50,267 nt of DNA from a bacterium (GTDB taxonomy: Bacteria; Zhuqueibacterota; Zhuqueibacteria; Oceanimicrobiales; Oceanimicrobiaceae), in contig JBBIIG010000031.1 of NCBI GenBank assembly GCA_037446635.1, forward strand, positions 1 through 50,267, written 5' to 3'. Below, piece by piece: positions 46,354-50,267 of the stretch (position 1 is the first letter of the stretch; every line of letters begins with the position of its first letter). The translations under genes and the position numbers were made by a program. Below the pieces are notes generated by a model, which worked only from the letters and a program-made list of their open reading frames with translations, searched no databases and was not told the DNA's origin.

Positions 46354-47808
46354 TTAGAATGGCATGGTGAAGGGCGAGACGCGATTGTCGGCAATGACCT
46401 GATTCATATCCACGGCGATAACCGTGTTGTTGCCGTCGAAAGTGAATTCATCGAGGCCGTCGGCTTGCGGGATGTAAGCCGCCACCACCGCCACGGTTCC
46501 CGGCGAACCCGCGCTGATGTTGGGGTTGGTTTCGATCTCCCGTTCCATCATCGGCAGGCGAATGCCCAGGTCACTCATGCGCCGGCCTTCAAAGAAGAAG
46601 ATTTCCTGGCGCAGCAGGTAGAGCGTTCTCAGCAGCTCCACCGGGTTGTTATCCGGAATGGCGTTGATATCACCCGGCGTCAGGTGGGTGGCCGAGACCG
46701 TGGGCACCGGTACCGTGTTGCCGGCGCGCGGCAGAATCAAGCCGGCGATGGGCGGCGAGGTGGGACTCGCCTGCACCGTTCCGCCCTGCGGGCGAAAGGT
46801 TCCGGTCTGGTTGTCGGGGCGCGGATCCACGTCGCGGAATTGTACGACCGGCCGCGAGTTGGCCAGGTTGATGGCGTTAATCATGTGGGTTTTGGCCTGG
46901 CCGAAATTTCCTTGTGAAAGGGCCACCTCCGCCAAAATCAGATGCGCCTCTTCCATTTTAACGGAGTTAATGGGCGAATCCCGCAGGGTGTATTTGGGAT
47001 CGAGAAAGTCCAAACGCGGCAGCGGTTGGATGTCGTTCAAGTTGCGGCTGACCGCAAAGGTGAAGCCGTCATTGATGTTGAAAGACGCATCATATCGCGC
47101 CGGAAAGGTGAATTGCGGGTTGCCGGCCAGAGCCGCGTTGGCTTCCTGCGCCGCCTGCGCGGCGTTGCCGAGCATGCGATACGCCCGCGCCCGCACAATA
47201 TTGATGCGAGTGGGAAAATCGGCGTGCTGGCTGGTGGCGAGCGCGGCGTCAAAGTCGGCGATGGCCATTTGAATCAATTCATTGGGTGGAATCACCGGGC
47301 CATCTTCTTGAATGGGGACGCCGCCGTAGTTTTCGCCGGAGAGCAGATTGGCCATACCGCGGTAAAACAGCACTTCGGCGCGCTGCTGCGCCGTGGCCTG
47401 CGCGTCGTTGGGGATCACCGTTTCTAATGTAAAGGTCGCCAGGGCGCGCAACTCCTGCACCTCAAAGTAGGGTCCGTCTCCGCCGTTGAGGGTCAGGTCT
47501 TGGGGAACGATCTCCCTGGGGAAATCGGCGCTGGGGGAAATGAAGGTGGCGACATTGTCATAGTTATCCGAGACCACATCCGTGAAGTAAGCAATATTCC
47601 CAATGGCGTCGGAGTAGCGAAACGCGATGCCGTTCAGAAACGGAGTGGTGGCGCCGGTGCCGCCGGCCTGCAAGCTTTCTTCGGTGGTTTGCGGGTTTCT
47701 CACTTCGGTCGGATCCAAAAAATCGCAGGAACTGAGGGATAGCGCTAAGAAGCCCAGCAGCAGCGCAACCCACAGACCTCGAGTTTTATGTTTCTTAAAG
47801 AGAATCAT
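46354..47808 (-). CDS. SusD/RagB-like outer-membrane lipoprotein
   Basis: Lipobox LSSC-DFLD; EEAHLILAE, RQEIFFFEGRRMSD; directly downstream of a SusC-like gene. Confidence 0.82.
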   Translation of the reverse strand: MILFKKHKTRGLWVALLLGFLALSLSSCDFLDPTEVRNPQTTEESLQAGGTGATTPFLNGIAFRYSDAIGNIAYFTDVVSDNYDNVATFISPSADFPREIVPQDLTLNGGDGPYFEVQELRALATFTLETVIPNDAQATAQQRAEVLFYRGMANLLSGENYGGVPIQEDGPVIPPNELIQMAIADFDAALATSQHADFPTRINIVRARAYRMLGNAAQAAQEANAALAGNPQFTFPARYDASFNINDGFTFAVSRNLNDIQPLPRLDFLDPKYTLRDSPINSVKMEEAHLILAEVALSQGNFGQAKTHMINAINLANSRPVVQFRDVDPRPDNQTGTFRPQGGTVQASPTSPPIAGLILPRAGNTVPVPTVSATHLTPGDINAIPDNNPVELLRTLYLLRQEIFFFEGRRMSDLGIRLPMMEREIETNPNISAGSPGTVAVVAAYIPQADGLDEFTFDGNNTVIAVDMNQVIADNRVSPFTMPF

Positions 47809-47853
47809 GATTTGACTCCTTAGATTAATGGTTTCAGCATGGCTGGCTTTGAT

Positions 47854-50267
47854 TTAGCGATTGATGCTCAGGGTAAACCGGAACTGGCGCGGCGGCGACA
47901 ACGTGAAGAAATTGATGCCGCCGACATCCACGTCGCGAGCGGAACGGACGCCGTTGAGCTCGGGATCGAGATCGTCATTGCCAGCGAAGATGATCGCGTT
48001 ACGGATACTAAAACCAAACGTCAATTGATTGCCAAAGTAGCGCCGCGGCAGCCGGTAGGTCGCGGTAATTTCTCTGATTTTGAAATAGTTGGCGTCCTCG
48101 ACGAAAACATCGGAAGCGGTTGTGAAGTTATAGCCCGGCGGCACTTTGGAAGCCTGCGGCTCGAGGCCATTGAAGAAACGAATGACGGAGCCAGTATTCA
48201 AAATCTGACCGCCATGTTGGCCGTCGCCAAGAATGGAAAGATTCAGATTTTGCAAAATGGTGAAATTCAAGCCGACGCTGTAATATTTGTCAGCAATCGG
48301 CGAATGCAGGAATTGGTTTGGCAAGAAATCGCCGTCAAATTGCCCGGTGGTCGGATCCGGAATGGGAACGTTCGTGCGGAACACCCCCACCGGATGGCCT
48401 TCTTCGATGCGCAGCGGCAGGAAGGCAAAACCGCCGATGGAGAAAGGCTGCGAGCCGCCCAAGCTGGTGACTTCGTTATCCAGCGTGGAGTATGAGCCGC
48501 GCAGCGAGAAGCGGAAATTCCGGCTCTCAATAATATTGGCCGTGAGCCCCAGCTCAATGCCGTTGTTTTCAATGGTGCCGACATTACGGAGTTGGAATCC
48601 CAAGCCAGTTGAAGGATCGCTGGGAACGGAGAACAACGCATCCTCGGTTTTTTCATCGAATACGGTAAATTCCAGGCCGACGCGTTCGTTCAAGAAGGCG
48701 GCGTCAAAGCCGTATTCGATGGTGCGGGTTTTTTCCGGGCCGAGGGTCGGGTCGCCGGGGTTGCCAAAGTTGGCCGCCACGGTTCCCAAAAACGAGCCTT
48801 GGGTGAATTGTTTATCGCGGGTAAACGGGTCGGGGAAACTGCCGGTTTTTCCCCACGAGGCGCGCAATTTTAGGCTCGGCATAAAATTGCCAACGAAGGG
48901 GATGTTTTTCCAGAAGGCTTCGTCCGAGATGTTATAAGCGGCACCCACTTTGGGGTAGGATTCCAAATTGACCTCATCGCCGAACGCGGTGTTGCCGTCA
49001 AAACGAATGCCAGCCGTGAGAAACAAGCGGTCGCGAATGCCAATTTGTTCATTGAAGAAGAAGCCGCCGCTGAAAATCTCGAAATTGGATTCCTGCGGGG
49101 TCAGGTTGGCGGCGTTATCGAAATCGTCGGTGCCGGGCAGTCCAAATTGGCTCGCGGTAACTCGACTGGTGCGGTCTTCCTCACGGAAGCCCTGCGCGCC
49201 GACGGTAAAGGCAGAAGTAATGGCGCCGGAGTTAGGGTATTTGAGCGTGGCAGCGTAATCGAGGGTGACGCTTAAAAATTCCCGGTCAAAGCGGTCGATG
49301 CCGCCGCCAGGTCGGCTCGCGATTGCTTGCGCAGCAATGGGGATGAAATACCGTTGTTCGTTCTTACGATAATCCGCGCCCAGGGTCAAGCGTGTTGAAA
49401 AGAATTGATGCGGATTGGCTGAGGCCGTGATGCCGAAATTGAAACGGTTCACCGCCTCGTCGAGCTGCGGCAGCAGGTATTCTTCCAGCGCCGCTAGTTT
49501 TTCATCCAGAGTGGCGTTGGGGTCGCCAAATGGCGCATCGCCGCCTTCGATAGTGGTCATAACGCTGGCGATGGCATTGTCGCTGAACAAGCGCTCAAAA
49601 TCGTCGCGAATCAAGCCGCCCGAGATGTCGAGCTGGAGTTTCTCGCTCGGGAAAGCGCGAACGCCCATGCGGAACGAGTATTGGGTGTCGCCGTTTTTCG
49701 GGACGACCCCTTCCGAATCCATCACATGGCCGCTGGCATGGTAGGTTACGTTTTCATTGCCGCCATCTGCGGAAAAAGCATATTTCTGGTAATAGCCGCT
49801 GTCCAACAGGTGATCTTTAGTGAAATCCTCAATGATAAATTTTTTCTCCGGTTGATTGACCCCCTGTTCGGTTGAAAAGGTCCATCTGGTGGGGCCGGCT
49901 TTACCTTTTTTGGTGAAAATCTGGATCACGCCGTTGGCGGCTTCAGAACCATAGAGGGTGGATGCCGCCCCGCCCTTGGTGATTTCGATGCGCTCGATGT
50001 TGTCGGCCAGAATATCGGAGAGGGCATTTGAGTTGGGCCCGCCAGTGAAGTTTTCCAGCCGGAAGTTGTCGTTGTTATCCACGCGCACGCCGTCCACATA
50101 AATAACCGGGGTTTGGCTGACCGTGGCGCTGGTTACGCCCCGCAACCGAATTCGTCCCGCGGTGCCGGGCTGACCGGTGTTCACATTGACCACGCCGCCC
50201 ACCACTCGCCCCTGCAGCACCTGTTCAATGGAGATGACCGGCGCCATTTCGATCTCTTGCGTGCTGA
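47854..50267 (-). CDS. SusC/RagA-like TonB-dependent receptor (5' end outside the window)
   Basis: GQPG..GRIRLRG, PVIYVDGV, IERIEITKGGAASTLYGSEAANGVIQIFTKKG plug motif; KLRASWG, GNP..LGPE, FVEDANYFKIRE. Confidence 0.93.
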   Translation of the reverse strand, partial: STQEIEMAPVISIEQVLQGRVVGGVVNVNTGQPGTAGRIRLRGVTSATVSQTPVIYVDGVRVDNNDNFRLENFTGGPNSNALSDILADNIERIEITKGGAASTLYGSEAANGVIQIFTKKGKAGPTRWTFSTEQGVNQPEKKFIIEDFTKDHLLDSGYYQKYAFSADGGNENVTYHASGHVMDSEGVVPKNGDTQYSFRMGVRAFPSEKLQLDISGGLIRDDFERLFSDNAIASVMTTIEGGDAPFGDPNATLDEKLAALEEYLLPQLDEAVNRFNFGITASANPHQFFSTRLTLGADYRKNEQRYFIPIAAQAIASRPGGGIDRFDREFLSVTLDYAATLKYPNSGAITSAFTVGAQGFREEDRTSRVTASQFGLPGTDDFDNAANLTPQESNFEIFSGGFFFNEQIGIRDRLFLTAGIRFDGNTAFGDEVNLESYPKVGAAYNISDEAFWKNIPFVGNFMPSLKLRASWGKTGSFPDPFTRDKQFTQGSFLGTVAANFGNPGDPTLGPEKTRTIEYGFDAAFLNERVGLEFTVFDEKTEDALFSVPSDPSTGLGFQLRNVGTIENNGIELGLTANIIESRNFRFSLRGSYSTLDNEVTSLGGSQPFSIGGFAFLPLRIEEGHPVGVFRTNVPIPDPTTGQFDGDFLPNQFLHSPIADKYYSVGLNFTILQNLNLSILGDGQHGGQILNTGSVIRFFNGLEPQASKVPPGYNFTTASDVFVEDANYFKIREITATYRLPRRYFGNQLTFGFSIRNAIIFAGNDDLDPELNGVRSARDVDVGGINFFTLSPPRQFRFTLSINR

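Overview
Bacterial chromosomal window with mostly GC-rich genes. The SusC/SusD-like pair, the GWxTD protein and the repeat families suggest an FCB-related lineage such as candidate division KSB1, but this is inference only. The window starts with the 3' end of an rRNA operon (23S, 5S) and a 49-aa zinc-ribbon gene that the ORF track misses. It then runs through about 40 housekeeping and accessory genes: a TPR lipoprotein, an EndoQ/PHP-UvrD fusion, egtB, a cyclase, a GxxExxY protein, a CoA-transferase, an SCO-PCuAC fusion with a cytochrome c, purKE, htpX, nhaA, a site-2 protease, a KefC-like antiporter, an RsbU-like phosphatase, a GltP-like symporter, an MMPL transporter, a radical SAM protein, an AmpG-like MFS, a Ca/Na antiporter, thiS/thiG/thiE, cydAB, a ChrB-domain gene, a GWxTD protein and SusC/SusD-like genes. 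The thi genes are interrupted by a toxin-antitoxin module with a broken PemK/MazF toxin and by a multi-PAS hybrid kinase split by a frameshift. The most striking non-coding signal is a dense set of short intergenic palindrome and inverted-arm repeats from several families. One pair of arms encloses the low-GC GxxExxY nuclease-like gene, and related arm pairs occur empty elsewhere. Some repeats are nested inside others, and several supply or abut the stop codons of host genes. No CRISPR array, tRNA or transposase was seen.
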